This document shows, piece by piece, positions 36,690-46,729 of a DNA stretch of 64,000 nucleotides. The notes under the pieces were generated by a model. That model saw only the letters and a program-made list of their open reading frames with translations, had not been told where the DNA came from and made no database searches. Each line of letters starts with the position of its first letter. Position 1 is the first letter of the stretch. The translations under genes and the position numbers were made by a program. The DNA comes from a virus. Location of the stretch: IMG/VR virus record IMGVR_UViG_3300023174_005299, positions 1 to 64,000 of that record; one strand, written 5' to 3'.

Positions 36690-38934
36690 CTTTATTAACC
36701 TTGGGCAATTGAGGATCTAACACCGGCACAATATCAAACACCAATTGGTCATTGTCTAATCCAAGATTGATTGTGCAATCTTGCAGTCTATCAAACAAGA
36801 TTTTCTTTGACAGCGGAACTCGAATCAGTTCATCAATTTTTCTATTCAAGGGTCTTGCACCCATCTTGCTGTCATATCCTTTGTCGGCCAAATGTTCAAT
36901 CACAGACTCTGTGAGGTTTAGTTTTATGTTCTTGTCCACTAAACTTTGCTTGAGCACATCCACAAATTTTATTACAATCTTTTTAATTGCCAACTGATCA
37001 AGCTTTTTAAATTTGCAAATCAAATCAATTCGATTGCGCATTTCTGGTTTAAAAAAGTCCTTGACTGCGGCATCTTCACTGCCGGTTTTTTCCAGGGACT
37101 GTGAAAAACCAATGTTGTTGTTTTCGTTGTCTCTGGCACCAAGATTTGATGTCAGGATGATGATGGTGTTTTTACAATCCACAGTTTTGCCACTGCTGGA
37201 TGTGATCCTACCTTCATCCAGCATCTGCAACAAGATGTTTGAAACATCGGGGTGAGCTTTTTCAATTTCATCAAATAATAAAATAGCATAGGGGTTTTTG
37301 CTGAGATCTGAAATCAGTTTACCACCACTTAAATTGCCATCTTCAAATCCCACGTAGCCAGGAGGAGCACCAATCAAAGTACTCACTGTGTGTTTTTCCT
37401 GATACTCGCTCATGTCATAGCGCAACAATGGCATGCTTAGATTCTCTGCCAACAGTTTGGCCAACTCAGTTTTACCAGTTCCGGTGGGTCCCAGGAACAA
37501 GAAACTGCTCATTGGCTTTTGTGTGTTGCCCAAGCCTGCATAGTTGACATACACACGTTCCAGCACATTGTTTACCACTTCGTCTTGTCCATAGAGTCGT
37601 TGCTTGATATTGCTTTCAAGTTCTATGATTTTTGTGCTATCTTTGTTTTCTAGTTTGTCCATGGGCACACCGGCAACTCGACTCAACTGCTGTAAAATCA
37701 TGCCGCGATTCACAGTGACATTGCCCAGGTCTTTGACACGTTCCCGGCTACAGGCAGCATCCAGCAAGTCAATGCTCTTGTCAGGATTCTTTTTGTCATG
37801 AATATATCGTGCACTGAGTTCCACAGCCGCTGTGATTGCATCAGTGTCAATGAGCACATTGTGGAATTGCTCAAGTCTTGGACTCAATCCAATAAGAATC
37901 TGTTCTGTGGTATTTGCATCGGGCTCGTCTACTGCCAGTCTATGAAAGCGGCGCATCAAGGCACGATCCTTCTCAAAGCTTTCGTAGTATTCTTCCCAAG
38001 TGGTTGATGCCACAACTTTGAGGTTGCCTTTGGTGATGGCAGGTTTGATCATGTTGGCAAAGTCCAAGGAACTTGACCCCGAGCTACCAGCACCTTTCAT
38101 GGTGTGTGCTTCGTCGATGAATAACACACACTTCTTGTTGCTTTCGAGAGCCTGAATAACCATTTTTAATTTTTCTTCAAACTCACCGCGGTACTTGCTG
38201 CCTGCCAACAATGAACCAATCTCCAGGCTCCATACTTCATGATCCTTGAGAAAGTTTGGTACTTTGCCATCAGTGATTGACTTGGCAAGGCCTTCAATCA
38301 AGGCTGTTTTGCCCACGCCAGGGTCGCCTACCAACAACACGTTGGCCTTGAAGCGACGAGCTAATGCAGTGATCATTTCTTGAATATCAGTTTCTCTACC
38401 AATCACTGGCTCAAGACGATCTTCTCGTGCCAACTGTGTAAGGTTGACACAGTACTCTTCAAGAATCTCTGTGGCTTGTTGATGGTTGATTTTTGCATCA
38501 TTGTGATTGTAGTTTTGTTCCCAAAACTTTGCAAATTCTTGTTTGTTGACACCGTATTTGAGCAAGAAATAATGTGCATGACTATTGCTTTCGCTCATGA
38601 TGCTGAGATACAAGTCAAGTGTTGTGATGGTTCTGCGTCCGGTAAACAACACCTGAGTCAATGCTCGATTAAAAACTCTTTCCAGCGCATTTGTTTTCTT
38701 TGTGTTCCTGCCCGCTGCCTTGTTTTCGATGCTGGTCAGACTGTCAAGATACGCACCAAGTTCCTTGCCCATCAGTTCAATGTCAATGCCAAATTTGATC
38801 AACACTCGTTGAAACGGAGTGTGTAGTAGTAAACTGGCCAACAAATGTTCAGTGGTCACATATTCATGTGATCGCTCTCTGGCAATCTTTATAGCGTTCT
38901 CAATGATTTGTTCAATTTCTGGATTGTTTTGCAT
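36649..38934 (-). CDS. clpA: ClpA-like AAA+ chaperone
   Basis: N-domain HEYVTTEHLL, GDPGVGKT, LFIDEAH, GPTGTGKTE, GAPPGYVG, DEIEKAHPD, MGARPL; no ClpB middle domain. Confidence 0.93.
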   Translation of the reverse strand: MQNNPEIEQIIENAIKIARERSHEYVTTEHLLASLLLHTPFQRVLIKFGIDIELMGKELGAYLDSLTSIENKAAGRNTKKTNALERVFNRALTQVLFTGRRTITTLDLYLSIMSESNSHAHYFLLKYGVNKQEFAKFWEQNYNHNDAKINHQQATEILEEYCVNLTQLAREDRLEPVIGRETDIQEMITALARRFKANVLLVGDPGVGKTALIEGLAKSITDGKVPNFLKDHEVWSLEIGSLLAGSKYRGEFEEKLKMVIQALESNKKCVLFIDEAHTMKGAGSSGSSSLDFANMIKPAITKGNLKVVASTTWEEYYESFEKDRALMRRFHRLAVDEPDANTTEQILIGLSPRLEQFHNVLIDTDAITAAVELSARYIHDKKNPDKSIDLLDAACSRERVKDLGNVTVNRGMILQQLSRVAGVPMDKLENKDSTKIIELESNIKQRLYGQDEVVNNVLERVYVNYAGLGNTQKPMSSFLFLGPTGTGKTELAKLLAENLSMPLLRYDMSEYQEKHTVSTLIGAPPGYVGFEDGNLSGGKLISDLSKNPYAILLFDEIEKAHPDVSNILLQMLDEGRITSSSGKTVDCKNTIIILTSNLGARDNENNNIGFSQSLEKTGSEDAAVKDFFKPEMRNRIDLICKFKKLDQLAIKKIVIKFVDVLKQSLVDKNIKLNLTESVIEHLADKGYDSKMGARPLNRKIDELIRVPLSKKILFDRLQDCTINLGLDNDQLVFDIVPVLDPQLPKVNKDGYIIFEKLDPDA

Positions 38935-38989
38935 TTTGCTCCTTGTGCTTGTCATGTATAGTAACATGATTAATTGAATGCCACAATAT

Positions 38990-39769
38990 TTATTGGCTAT
39001 TCCAGTGCCGAATTTGTTCTATTTGTTCAGGTGTTAGGTCAGTGGGTAATTTGGCATTGAGTTCTACCATGAGGTCGCCACGTTGGCTGGTTCCTTTTCT
39101 AGGAAATCCATGCCCTCTAATACGCAAAGTGGCACCAGGTTGTGTTTTGGGAGGCACACTAACCACCACTTGATTTTTGTGAATAGTATCAACTGTGATT
39201 TCTTGTCCCAGTATCAATGCCCAAATGCTGATATCAAACTTTCTAATAGAGTTGGCACCTTCTCGACGCCATGTCAAATCTGGATGTATCCTAAAAGTTA
39301 TCACAAGGTCCATGCCATTGGGGCCAACCCTGGCATATCTAACAGTGTCACCATCTTCAATGCCAGGGGGTATTTGTATTTCAACATTGATTTGTCCTTG
39401 ATGGGTGCCCACAGCAATCAGTCTGGGTCCACCGGACGCAACATCTTCCATGTGAATCCACAAATTTAATCTAGCCGATCGATGTTGTGCATTTGGGTCC
39501 ATGCCGGGCCTGGCATTGAACATGTCAAATATGCTGTCAAAGCTAAATGGGTTGCCGCCGCCCATGTTGACTCTCATGCCTGGATTGTCGTACTGCTGTC
39601 GTTTGCCCGGATCACTCAGTGTGTCATATGCTATTTGTATTTCTTGAAACTTTTGTGTATCGCCACCTTTGTCGGGATGATGTTGACTGGCCAGCCGGCG
39701 GTAAGCACGTTTAATTTCGTCGGCAGTGGCTGTGCGGGTTACTCCCAATGTGGCATAGTGATCTGTCAT
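38990..39769 (-). CDS. DnaJ/CbpA-type co-chaperone (no zinc finger)
   Basis: J-domain with HPD, C-terminal LRIRGHG...RGDL. Confidence 0.92.
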   Translation of the reverse strand: MTDHYATLGVTRTATADEIKRAYRRLASQHHPDKGGDTQKFQEIQIAYDTLSDPGKRQQYDNPGMRVNMGGGNPFSFDSIFDMFNARPGMDPNAQHRSARLNLWIHMEDVASGGPRLIAVGTHQGQINVEIQIPPGIEDGDTVRYARVGPNGMDLVITFRIHPDLTWRREGANSIRKFDISIWALILGQEITVDTIHKNQVVVSVPPKTQPGATLRIRGHGFPRKGTSQRGDLMVELNAKLPTDLTPEQIEQIRHWNSQ

Positions 39770-39789
39770 TGCATGTAATTATGTGTCAG

Positions 39790-40089
39790 TTATGACCACC
39801 TCAATAAGAACGCAGTAGCGTCTTGGGGGTCTTTGAATAACCACTGCCCTTTTAACAACTTGTAATCACCTTGAGCGTTTAAGTGTACCCATTCTGCTGT
39901 TTGACTATACCAGTCATTGAAACTGCCAGACATCATTCCGTTAGGTGGAAAAGCAGGATTGATTTTAGTTTCGGTCCAACCTTCATCTTTAAGTACATCA
40001 ATCATAATTGTGTCCAGTATCTCTTTGTCTATTTTTTTGGCAATTTCGTCAGCCAAAGTCTGGGCTATTTTGTTTTCTAAATCACTCAT
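39790..40089 (-). CDS. hypothetical protein
   Basis: 99 aa; C-terminal F..P.DA.AF.L.W motif common in these phage ORFans. Confidence 0.6.
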   Translation of the reverse strand: MSDLENKIAQTLADEIAKKIDKEILDTIMIDVLKDEGWTETKINPAFPPNGMMSGSFNDWYSQTAEWVHLNAQGDYKLLKGQWLFKDPQDATAFLLRWS

Positions 40090-40462
40090 GGTACCATGAC
40101 ATTCCGTTGCTGAGTCTGGCCCAAACTAACAGTTTTTCCATGTGTGCTTTGAACTTTTCAGCCTGATAAATGTCAGTAAATCTTACCCCGGGTATGGTAT
40201 ATTCTGCCAGCCGCTTGGCCATGTGTTCACGTCCGTGCTCTTCTAGCCATAGTATATTTGAAATGTGCATGGTGCGCCAGTCATTGTCTCTGCCCCGTTC
40301 GTACAAACCAATCATGGCTTCATCTACACCCACAACATCAAACATGATCTCCAGCAACTTTAGTACTTTGCCAGGATTGTTGACCACATTGCGTTCAAAC
40401 CCGGGCCAGGTCACACTGTATGTTCCATTGGGTAAATTGTTAATAATAAATCTATCAGTCAT
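40082..40462 (-). CDS. hypothetical protein
   Basis: 126-aa ORF overlapping the next gene. Confidence 0.55.
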   Translation of the reverse strand: MTDRFIINNLPNGTYSVTWPGFERNVVNNPGKVLKLLEIMFDVVGVDEAMIGLYERGRDNDWRTMHISNILWLEEHGREHMAKRLAEYTIPGVRFTDIYQAEKFKAHMEKLLVWARLSNGMSWYHE

Positions 40463-40511
40463 GAAAAAGTCCTGTACAACAATTATACAGGACTTGTTGA
40501 GTTAAGTCAAG

Positions 40512-40730
40512 TTATTTCTTTTCAGGAATAGCTGTGCCTTCGTGCTTTTTGTGCTTTTTCATTTCTTTGCAGTCCTGTTTGGGTTTACCCGTTTTGGCGT
40601 CCAAGACAGGCTTGCCATCCTTGCCTTGTACGTCAATACAGACTCGTACAGTTTCTTTTTTTGGCTCTTCAGCCAACACTGGCTGTGCCAATGTCAAACA
40701 TAGTCCTGCTACAAATATAACGTTTTTCAT
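40512..40730 (-). CDS. small exported protein
   Basis: Signal peptide (AQPVLA), two Cys in the mature part, Lys-rich; AAGGA RBS. Confidence 0.65.
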   Translation of the reverse strand: MKNVIFVAGLCLTLAQPVLAEEPKKETVRVCIDVQGKDGKPVLDAKTGKPKQDCKEMKKHKKHEGTAIPEKK

Positions 40731-40740
40731 TTTAATTTCC

Positions 40741-41340
40741 TTAAATTAATGGATCGTCTTGTTGGGGCACAACCTTCTTGCCGCCCCAACCAGTTGTTAC
40801 CGTTGCTGGCCCAAAGCCATTAGACGCTGACGCTCCAAATCCTGAATTGCCACCAAAGCCTGTTGCCGGTGGTACTGCTCCAAATCCGGGTGCTGAGCTT
40901 CCAAATCCGCCGCCAACTGGTGTTGTGCCCCAGGACTGAGTAACTGTGGTTGCTGTTGGTGCACCAAACGCACCGGCTCCGGGCTGTTGTACTGCGCCCG
41001 GCGGTTGATATGTTGTACCGACATTTGATGGTAAGTTGATTCCGCCATTGTTAGCCCCTCCTAGTTTTTCTTGTGTACGACCATAAGCCGCAATACCCAG
41101 CACAGCACCCATGGCAATGTGGTACAGGCCCGCACCTTGAAGAGTAATAGGTTGCCACTGTACATTGACTTGACCCTTTGACACACTTTGTAACACGCTC
41201 CATAACACTGGAAATATCACAAAGTCTGCGATACAGGTTAACATGTAACTCCAGCCCATCATGGGTCGCCATTTACTGTTCATCCAGTCTTCTTTTTTCT
41301 TTTCACTTTCACTCATCTTGTTGTAGGTTTTTTCGGTCAC
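40741..41340 (-). CDS. 3TM-holin-like membrane protein with Gly-rich tail
   Basis: KWRPMMGW...LGIAAYGRTQEK resembles the GTA 3TM holin family. Confidence 0.65.
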   Translation of the reverse strand: MTEKTYNKMSESEKKKEDWMNSKWRPMMGWSYMLTCIADFVIFPVLWSVLQSVSKGQVNVQWQPITLQGAGLYHIAMGAVLGIAAYGRTQEKLGGANNGGINLPSNVGTTYQPPGAVQQPGAGAFGAPTATTVTQSWGTTPVGGGFGSSAPGFGAVPPATGFGGNSGFGASASNGFGPATVTTGWGGKKVVPQQDDPLI

Positions 41341-41480
41341 AATTTACTCCTAGGTTGCTTCAAAATATTTAGCTTTTATACATCAAACACCTTTTGGCAA
41401 ACTCTGCAGTTTATTTTTGGCAAAAACCACCTAAATATACACAAGAAATAGAATAAAAATTCTATCAAGGAGCTAGAAAA

Positions 41481-42767
41481 ATGAAAAAAATAATTGCATC
41501 TACGATTGTGTACGTTACACTGTTGTCTGGGGCTGTACAAGCACAAACTACAACAACATCAAGCTCGTCCGGTGGCACAACCACAGGTACAAGTACATTA
41601 ATTAATCAAGGTACCTATGACTCCAAGAGCCTAGTGGACACCAACAGCACCAGCAACAGCACCAGCACAGTTACTTCAAACAGCAATACTAATAGCACAA
41701 GTAACAGCAATAGTACTAGTGCTATCAACAGTACCAGCAACAATACCAACAACAACAATAGTACCAGCACCAGTGTGAATACTAACAATAACATTCAAAG
41801 TGGAACTGTCACTAACAATAACAACAATGTCAACAGTGGAACAATGACGTATAATAACAATAACGTCAACAGTGGCACAATGACCTATAATAACAATAAT
41901 GCAAGCACAAGTACCGCTACAAATAACAATAACAATGTTAATACCGGCACAATGACATACAATAACAACAATGTCAGTTCTAGTACTAGCAATAATGTTA
42001 ACACAAATAACAACATTAATACTGGTACAATGACATACAATAACAACAATGTCAATACTAGTACAAGCACTGCTACTAACAATAATAACAATGTTAATAC
42101 TGGTACAATGACATATAATAACAATAATGTCAATGCAAGTACCGCTACCAACAATAACAACAATGTTAATACAAGTACTGCTACTAATAATAATGTTAAT
42201 ACCGGAGATATGACTAATCGTAATATTAATACTTCTACAAGCGCAAGTACTTCAGTTAATAACAATGTTAATCAAAATAACTCAGTTAATACAAATATTC
42301 AGCAAGGTGAATTGACCAACAAAAATATTAATACAACTGAAATAACACAACGAATTATTCAACCTCCTCCAACTGCTGTTGCACCCGCTATGTTGAGTGG
42401 TGGCAATGCCGATTTATGTAGCACCGGAAGTAGTGGCAGTGTTCAAACACAAGTATTTGGTGTAAGTTCAGGTGGCACTATCCGTGATATGAATTGTGAA
42501 CGACTAAAGTTATCTAAGACGCTATATGATATGGGTATGAAAGTAGCCGCAGTAGCTACAATGTGTCAAGACCGTCGTGTGTTTGATGCTATGATAGCCG
42601 CAGGCACACCTTGCCCATACGAAGGCAAGATTGGTGAGCAAGCTAAAGCAAGTTGGGAAGCTAATCCAGATCGTATTCCAAAGATGGATGAGGAAAAGAT
42701 AGATGACACTTATAAGAAAGTTGGCATTGGGGCTGTTCTTGGTCTTATTGTCAACAAAATATTCTAA
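41481..42767 (+). CDS. exported Asn/Thr/Ser-rich repeat protein with Cys-containing C-terminal domain
   Basis: Signal peptide; NNNNVN(S/T)GTMTY repeats; C-terminal CERLKLSK...MCQD...GTPCP; AAGGAG RBS. Confidence 0.85.
   Translation: MKKIIASTIVYVTLLSGAVQAQTTTTSSSSGGTTTGTSTLINQGTYDSKSLVDTNSTSNSTSTVTSNSNTNSTSNSNSTSAINSTSNNTNNNNSTSTSVNTNNNIQSGTVTNNNNNVNSGTMTYNNNNVNSGTMTYNNNNASTSTATNNNNNVNTGTMTYNNNNVSSSTSNNVNTNNNINTGTMTYNNNNVNTSTSTATNNNNNVNTGTMTYNNNNVNASTATNNNNNVNTSTATNNNVNTGDMTNRNINTSTSASTSVNNNVNQNNSVNTNIQQGELTNKNINTTEITQRIIQPPPTAVAPAMLSGGNADLCSTGSSGSVQTQVFGVSSGGTIRDMNCERLKLSKTLYDMGMKVAAVATMCQDRRVFDAMIAAGTPCPYEGKIGEQAKASWEANPDRIPKMDEEKIDDTYKKVGIGAVLGLIVNKIF
41779..42290 (+). repeat. imperfect tandem AAC/AAT-rich repeats encoding NNNNVN(T/S)GTMTY units
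   Basis: About 10 poly-Asn units visible in both DNA and protein. Confidence 0.85.
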
Positions 42768-44535
42768 TAGTCAAGATATATCTACTACCGGTAACCTGAC
42801 TAACTTTACTAATCAGGCTACTGGTACTACCTCTACCTGGCAAAATGCCGGTACGATCGGTCAGCAGTTAACTTGCTGGGAAGCCGGAGGTCCAGGTTAT
42901 TGTGGTCCATTACCTAGAGTTGCAGCCTGGGGTTCAGGTAGTAATGTCATTAACTTCTCTTATGGACTAACAGACTTAAATCAAGTAGTCAATATTAAAA
43001 ACGCATTGCCTAATAGTGGCACAGGATTACAAGTTAACGGATTTAACTTTAGCTTCCAAGCTAAAAACGGTAACGGTTGGGACAATGGAATGACCGACAC
43101 GCTTAGTGCCTATGTAAACATTTATAATAACACAAACTCAAAAGTATTAGAGAGTTATAATTGGAATCTATCTTATAATACATATGGATGGAGAAACTTT
43201 AATCTTGGCAAAGACTTTACGACTCCATATACTGTACCTGATTTAGGTAATGCTCAGTATGGTTTTGTTGGAAAGGATAACAACTTTTGGGTAGGCCCAT
43301 ATGGTCCAGAAATAACTGCTGTGAATTTTAATTTAAAATACAGTGTTGATCCTTGTGCTAACAATCCATTATATTCTACTAGCTGTAGAGGATACAACGA
43401 TGCACTTGCAAAACTAAACCCTGTAGTAGTTACAGCAGAAGATGCACCTCCGCCGCCACCTGATGGTTCACCACCTCCGCCGCCACCTGGCTCAGAGCCT
43501 CCACCAGGCAGTCCGCCCCCACCAGGACCGGGTCCCGGTCCAGGTAATAATCCAAATGGTCCACCTCCCCCAGGTAGCCAACCACAAGGAGGAGGAGGGC
43601 AACAACCTAAGCCTGGTGAAACTAAAACAGCAAGTGATAGTAAAGCTGGGCCTAGTTTAGGATCAGTATTAAGCATGATTAGTAGTAATCAAGCTAGAAT
43701 TGGCAATGAAGCAAAGTCTGTGGTTCAAGCCGCAGAATCGGCTGCTGCCAAAGATGCATTGCAAGCACAAGAACAAGCAGAGACCGTTGCTGCCTCGGCA
43801 GTTAGTCAAAGTACCACAACTACTACAACAGCCAGTAGCACAACAACCAGTTCAACACAATCACAGAGTTCTAGTGGTCCATTTAGTAGTGCTACACAAA
43901 CAAATGTAGGTAAGGTTGAAGTACTAAAATCAAATACCTCATCACAATCAACAGATATAGCTTCATCAGTTGCTACATTTACTGTTGAAGTATTAAAGCC
44001 TGCAACTCAGTCAACACTCACAAGTGATAATACATTAACTACTATAGTGGCAACGGTTAATAATAGTTATGTTCAACCTTCTATTGAGAACATAACAAGT
44101 TTACAGAGTATTAATACAACAAGCGAAACATCTCGCTACGAACTGTTTGCATTGCGTTCTACAATTAATTCAAGTGTTGAAGTAGAAACTCCACAGCTAG
44201 AAGGTATTAAAATTGGAACACGTTCTGTAATAAATGATGCAATCGAAGAACGTACTATTTTACAAAACACAACTACACAAGAACAAAAAACAGACGCAGT
44301 AAACAAGAATGTGCAACCAAATGAATTGGCGGGTAAAGTAGATATTGCGTCAATGGCGACACAACCTACAGGATATCAAGCATATTCAGTAATGATGCCT
44401 GACGTAGCATTCTATGCACCAAAAGAAATATACAAAAATCAAGTCAATGTTGATAATATCAGATTGTTAAGAGGTCTAGGTAGCGATAGACTACACCAAG
44501 AGATGGTGAATCAACAATACCGAATCAAAAATTAA
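42703..44535 (+). CDS. exported protein with beta-sandwich N-terminus, poly-Pro linker and Ser/Thr-rich region
   Basis: Signal-like N-terminus, DPCANNPLYSTSCRGY, PPPPG run at about 43444-43610. Confidence 0.8.
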   Translation: MTLIRKLALGLFLVLLSTKYSNSQDISTTGNLTNFTNQATGTTSTWQNAGTIGQQLTCWEAGGPGYCGPLPRVAAWGSGSNVINFSYGLTDLNQVVNIKNALPNSGTGLQVNGFNFSFQAKNGNGWDNGMTDTLSAYVNIYNNTNSKVLESYNWNLSYNTYGWRNFNLGKDFTTPYTVPDLGNAQYGFVGKDNNFWVGPYGPEITAVNFNLKYSVDPCANNPLYSTSCRGYNDALAKLNPVVVTAEDAPPPPPDGSPPPPPPGSEPPPGSPPPPGPGPGPGNNPNGPPPPGSQPQGGGGQQPKPGETKTASDSKAGPSLGSVLSMISSNQARIGNEAKSVVQAAESAAAKDALQAQEQAETVAASAVSQSTTTTTTASSTTTSSTQSQSSSGPFSSATQTNVGKVEVLKSNTSSQSTDIASSVATFTVEVLKPATQSTLTSDNTLTTIVATVNNSYVQPSIENITSLQSINTTSETSRYELFALRSTINSSVEVETPQLEGIKIGTRSVINDAIEERTILQNTTTQEQKTDAVNKNVQPNELAGKVDIASMATQPTGYQAYSVMMPDVAFYAPKEIYKNQVNVDNIRLLRGLGSDRLHQEMVNQQYRIKN

Positions 44536-44536
44536 C

Positions 44537-44758
44537 ATGGACTACATTGCTTATTTTGTGCTAGGGCTTGGTATTGGAATGGCGTTCTATTATATATTTT
44601 ACAGCGATAATTCACAAGCTGTGTTAGAACGCATGCGGCATGACCTTGCTGTACGTAAAGAATGGTTTAGAATGTTGGCTGACCAAAAAATAAAAAACCC
44701 AAAATGGCCAGCAGGTTGGGAAGAAAAATTAGGAGAAAAAAATGACAGAAGAAATTAA
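44537..44758 (+). CDS. small membrane protein
   Basis: N-terminal hydrophobic helix. Confidence 0.55.
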   Translation: MDYIAYFVLGLGIGMAFYYIFYSDNSQAVLERMRHDLAVRKEWFRMLADQKIKNPKWPAGWEEKLGEKNDRRN

Positions 44759-45350
44759 AAACGTAAATGCCAAAGTTGATGAACTTGAAGCAGCCGCAAA
44801 AAAGTATGCCAGTAAAGATACTGTTATCAGTATTGGTGGCTATGAATTTACACCCGCTAAACTAATGGTGGCATTTACCATTGTAAGTAGTATCTTAGGT
44901 GGACTTTATGGCACATTTGAAGTGTACAAAGACTACGTGGGCATGAAGAAAAAGATTGCAGAATATAGTGCGCCTGATTTAACCGAGTTTGATAAACGAA
45001 TATCTATACTTGATCAAAAAATTAAAAAAGCCGAAGATTCTGTTGCCGAGGCAAATGGATACACACGTGATATTAAAAATGACCTAAAGAGTGATCTACG
45101 TAGGAACGAAAGTGTCACTGAACAAGTTGAGCGTAGCGTCAAAACTGCACAGCGCGAAACTGAAAGTGAAATGCGCCAAGCAAGAAAAGATGTGCGCGAC
45201 GACTTAGACAAAGCACGCTCAGAGGTCAATGCTATCCGTAAAGAAATGGCCGATGCTCGCAGAGAAATATCTAGAGAAGTTGAAGTGTTAAAGAAAGAAG
45301 TTGATGGTAAAATACAAAAAGCCATTGACAATCCATTGGCCAACAAATGA
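44742..45350 (+). CDS. membrane-anchored coiled-coil protein
   Basis: One TM segment then a long heptad region ending IQKAIDNPLA; AGGAG RBS. Confidence 0.75.
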   Translation: MTEEIKNVNAKVDELEAAAKKYASKDTVISIGGYEFTPAKLMVAFTIVSSILGGLYGTFEVYKDYVGMKKKIAEYSAPDLTEFDKRISILDQKIKKAEDSVAEANGYTRDIKNDLKSDLRRNESVTEQVERSVKTAQRETESEMRQARKDVRDDLDKARSEVNAIRKEMADARREISREVEVLKKEVDGKIQKAIDNPLANK

Positions 45351-46051
45351 CTGAAATAATTTACACCCTGATAGTCACACACATCACTATAGTATGTGTC
45401 ACGTTATTCTTGCATCGTGGACAAGCACATCGTGGAATAGAATTTCATCCCGTGCTTGCACACTTTATGCGGGCTTGGCTGTGGCTTACCACCGGCATGG
45501 TTACTCGGCAATGGGTGGCTATTCATCGCAAGCATCACAGACACACCGAATCTGAAGGTGACCCTCATAGTCCACACATTTACGGACTTTGGCGTGTGTT
45601 ATTCAAGGGTGCAGGATTGTATCATAGTGCCAGTAAAGATCAAGAAATGGTTCAACAGTATGGCGCTGGTACTCCTGATGATTGGATTGAACAAAATTTA
45701 TACACTAGATATAGCCGACTGGGCATTGTGCTTATGTTGATAATAAACCTGCTGATATTTGGCTTACCCGGTTTATTAATTTGGGGGATACAAATGATTT
45801 GGATTCCATTCTGGGCCGCAGGTATTATTAATGGTGTTGGACATTGGTGGGGGTATCGTAATGGTGAAACTCGAGATCACAGCAGAAACATTGTTCCTTG
45901 GGATATCATTGTTGGTGGCGAATGCCTGCATAATAACCATCATTTGGATCCTGCTAACCCTCGACTAAGCCGTCGTTGGTTTGAGTTTGATGCGGGCTGG
46001 ATGTGGCTGACTGTGTTTAGAATGTGTAGACTGGCTAAACTAAGAGCGTGA
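45347..46051 (+). CDS. fatty acid (acyl-CoA delta-9-like) desaturase
   Basis: His boxes HRGQAH, HRKHH, HNNHH. Confidence 0.93.
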   Translation: MTEIIYTLIVTHITIVCVTLFLHRGQAHRGIEFHPVLAHFMRAWLWLTTGMVTRQWVAIHRKHHRHTESEGDPHSPHIYGLWRVLFKGAGLYHSASKDQEMVQQYGAGTPDDWIEQNLYTRYSRLGIVLMLIINLLIFGLPGLLIWGIQMIWIPFWAAGIINGVGHWWGYRNGETRDHSRNIVPWDIIVGGECLHNNHHLDPANPRLSRRWFEFDAGWMWLTVFRMCRLAKLRA

Positions 46052-46729
46052 TTGTTTGAGAACAGCTTGCACCAGGCTGTCTATGCTGTTGACAATGGGT
46101 GTGTTTTCTTCTTGCGTGATTCTAATAGCCAAGGGTAGTTCTGTGCAACCCAACACAATGGCCTTTGCACCACGATCTATTAGGCTGTGAATCACTTTCA
46201 TCAACAGTAATTGAGACTCCATAATCTTATCTGCTTTGATCAAGTCAATTGCAGGTTGCACAAAAAAATCCATTTCTGCACGGTCTGGAACTATACATTT
46301 CCAGCCCTGTCGTTCCAGGCGGGATTGATAAATCCCATATTCAATTGTGCCTTGTGTGCCCATGATGCCAATGGTGGCATTCTCAAGTTGCAACGCACGT
46401 AATTCGTCAGCAATGCTGTCCACTATGTGAGTGATAGGCACGCCCATTTTGATCATGTCATCATACCAGAAGTGTGCAGAGTTGCAGGGAATAACAATAT
46501 GGTCGCAGCCTACTGTTTTTAATGCCTGTATACCTTGCAGTAACCACAGCAATGGTCGATTATCACCGTTACGCATACTGGTACTGCGGTCTGGGATTCT
46601 TGGTTCGTTCCACAACACAAAAGGTATGTGTTCCTGATCGCAAGTGGCCGGAGTTTGTTGAATTAATCTAGACACAAACTCCGCACTGGCCGCTGGGCCC
46701 ATTCCGCCAAGTATGCCCAGCTTTTTCAT
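46040..46729 (-). CDS. aspartate/glutamate racemase family protein
   Basis: LGILGGMGPAAS, IPCNSAH, LGCTELP (two catalytic Cys). Confidence 0.93.
   Translation of the reverse strand: MKKLGILGGMGPAASAEFVSRLIQQTPATCDQEHIPFVLWNEPRIPDRSTSMRNGDNRPLLWLLQGIQALKTVGCDHIVIPCNSAHFWYDDMIKMGVPITHIVDSIADELRALQLENATIGIMGTQGTIEYGIYQSRLERQGWKCIVPDRAEMDFFVQPAIDLIKADKIMESQLLLMKVIHSLIDRGAKAIVLGCTELPLAIRITQEENTPIVNSIDSLVQAVLKQSRS

Noticed and set aside
20-40749. Numerous 60-180 aa plus-strand ORFs opposite the minus-strand genes
   Set aside because: They overlap well-supported genes in antisense and lack RBS or motifs
41885-42265. 126-aa Leu/Val-rich minus-strand ORF resembling a membrane protein
   Set aside because: Antisense shadow of the AAT/AAC Asn repeats of the real plus-strand gene
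43254-43676. Gly-rich minus-strand ORF
   Set aside because: Antisense shadow of the poly-Pro segment
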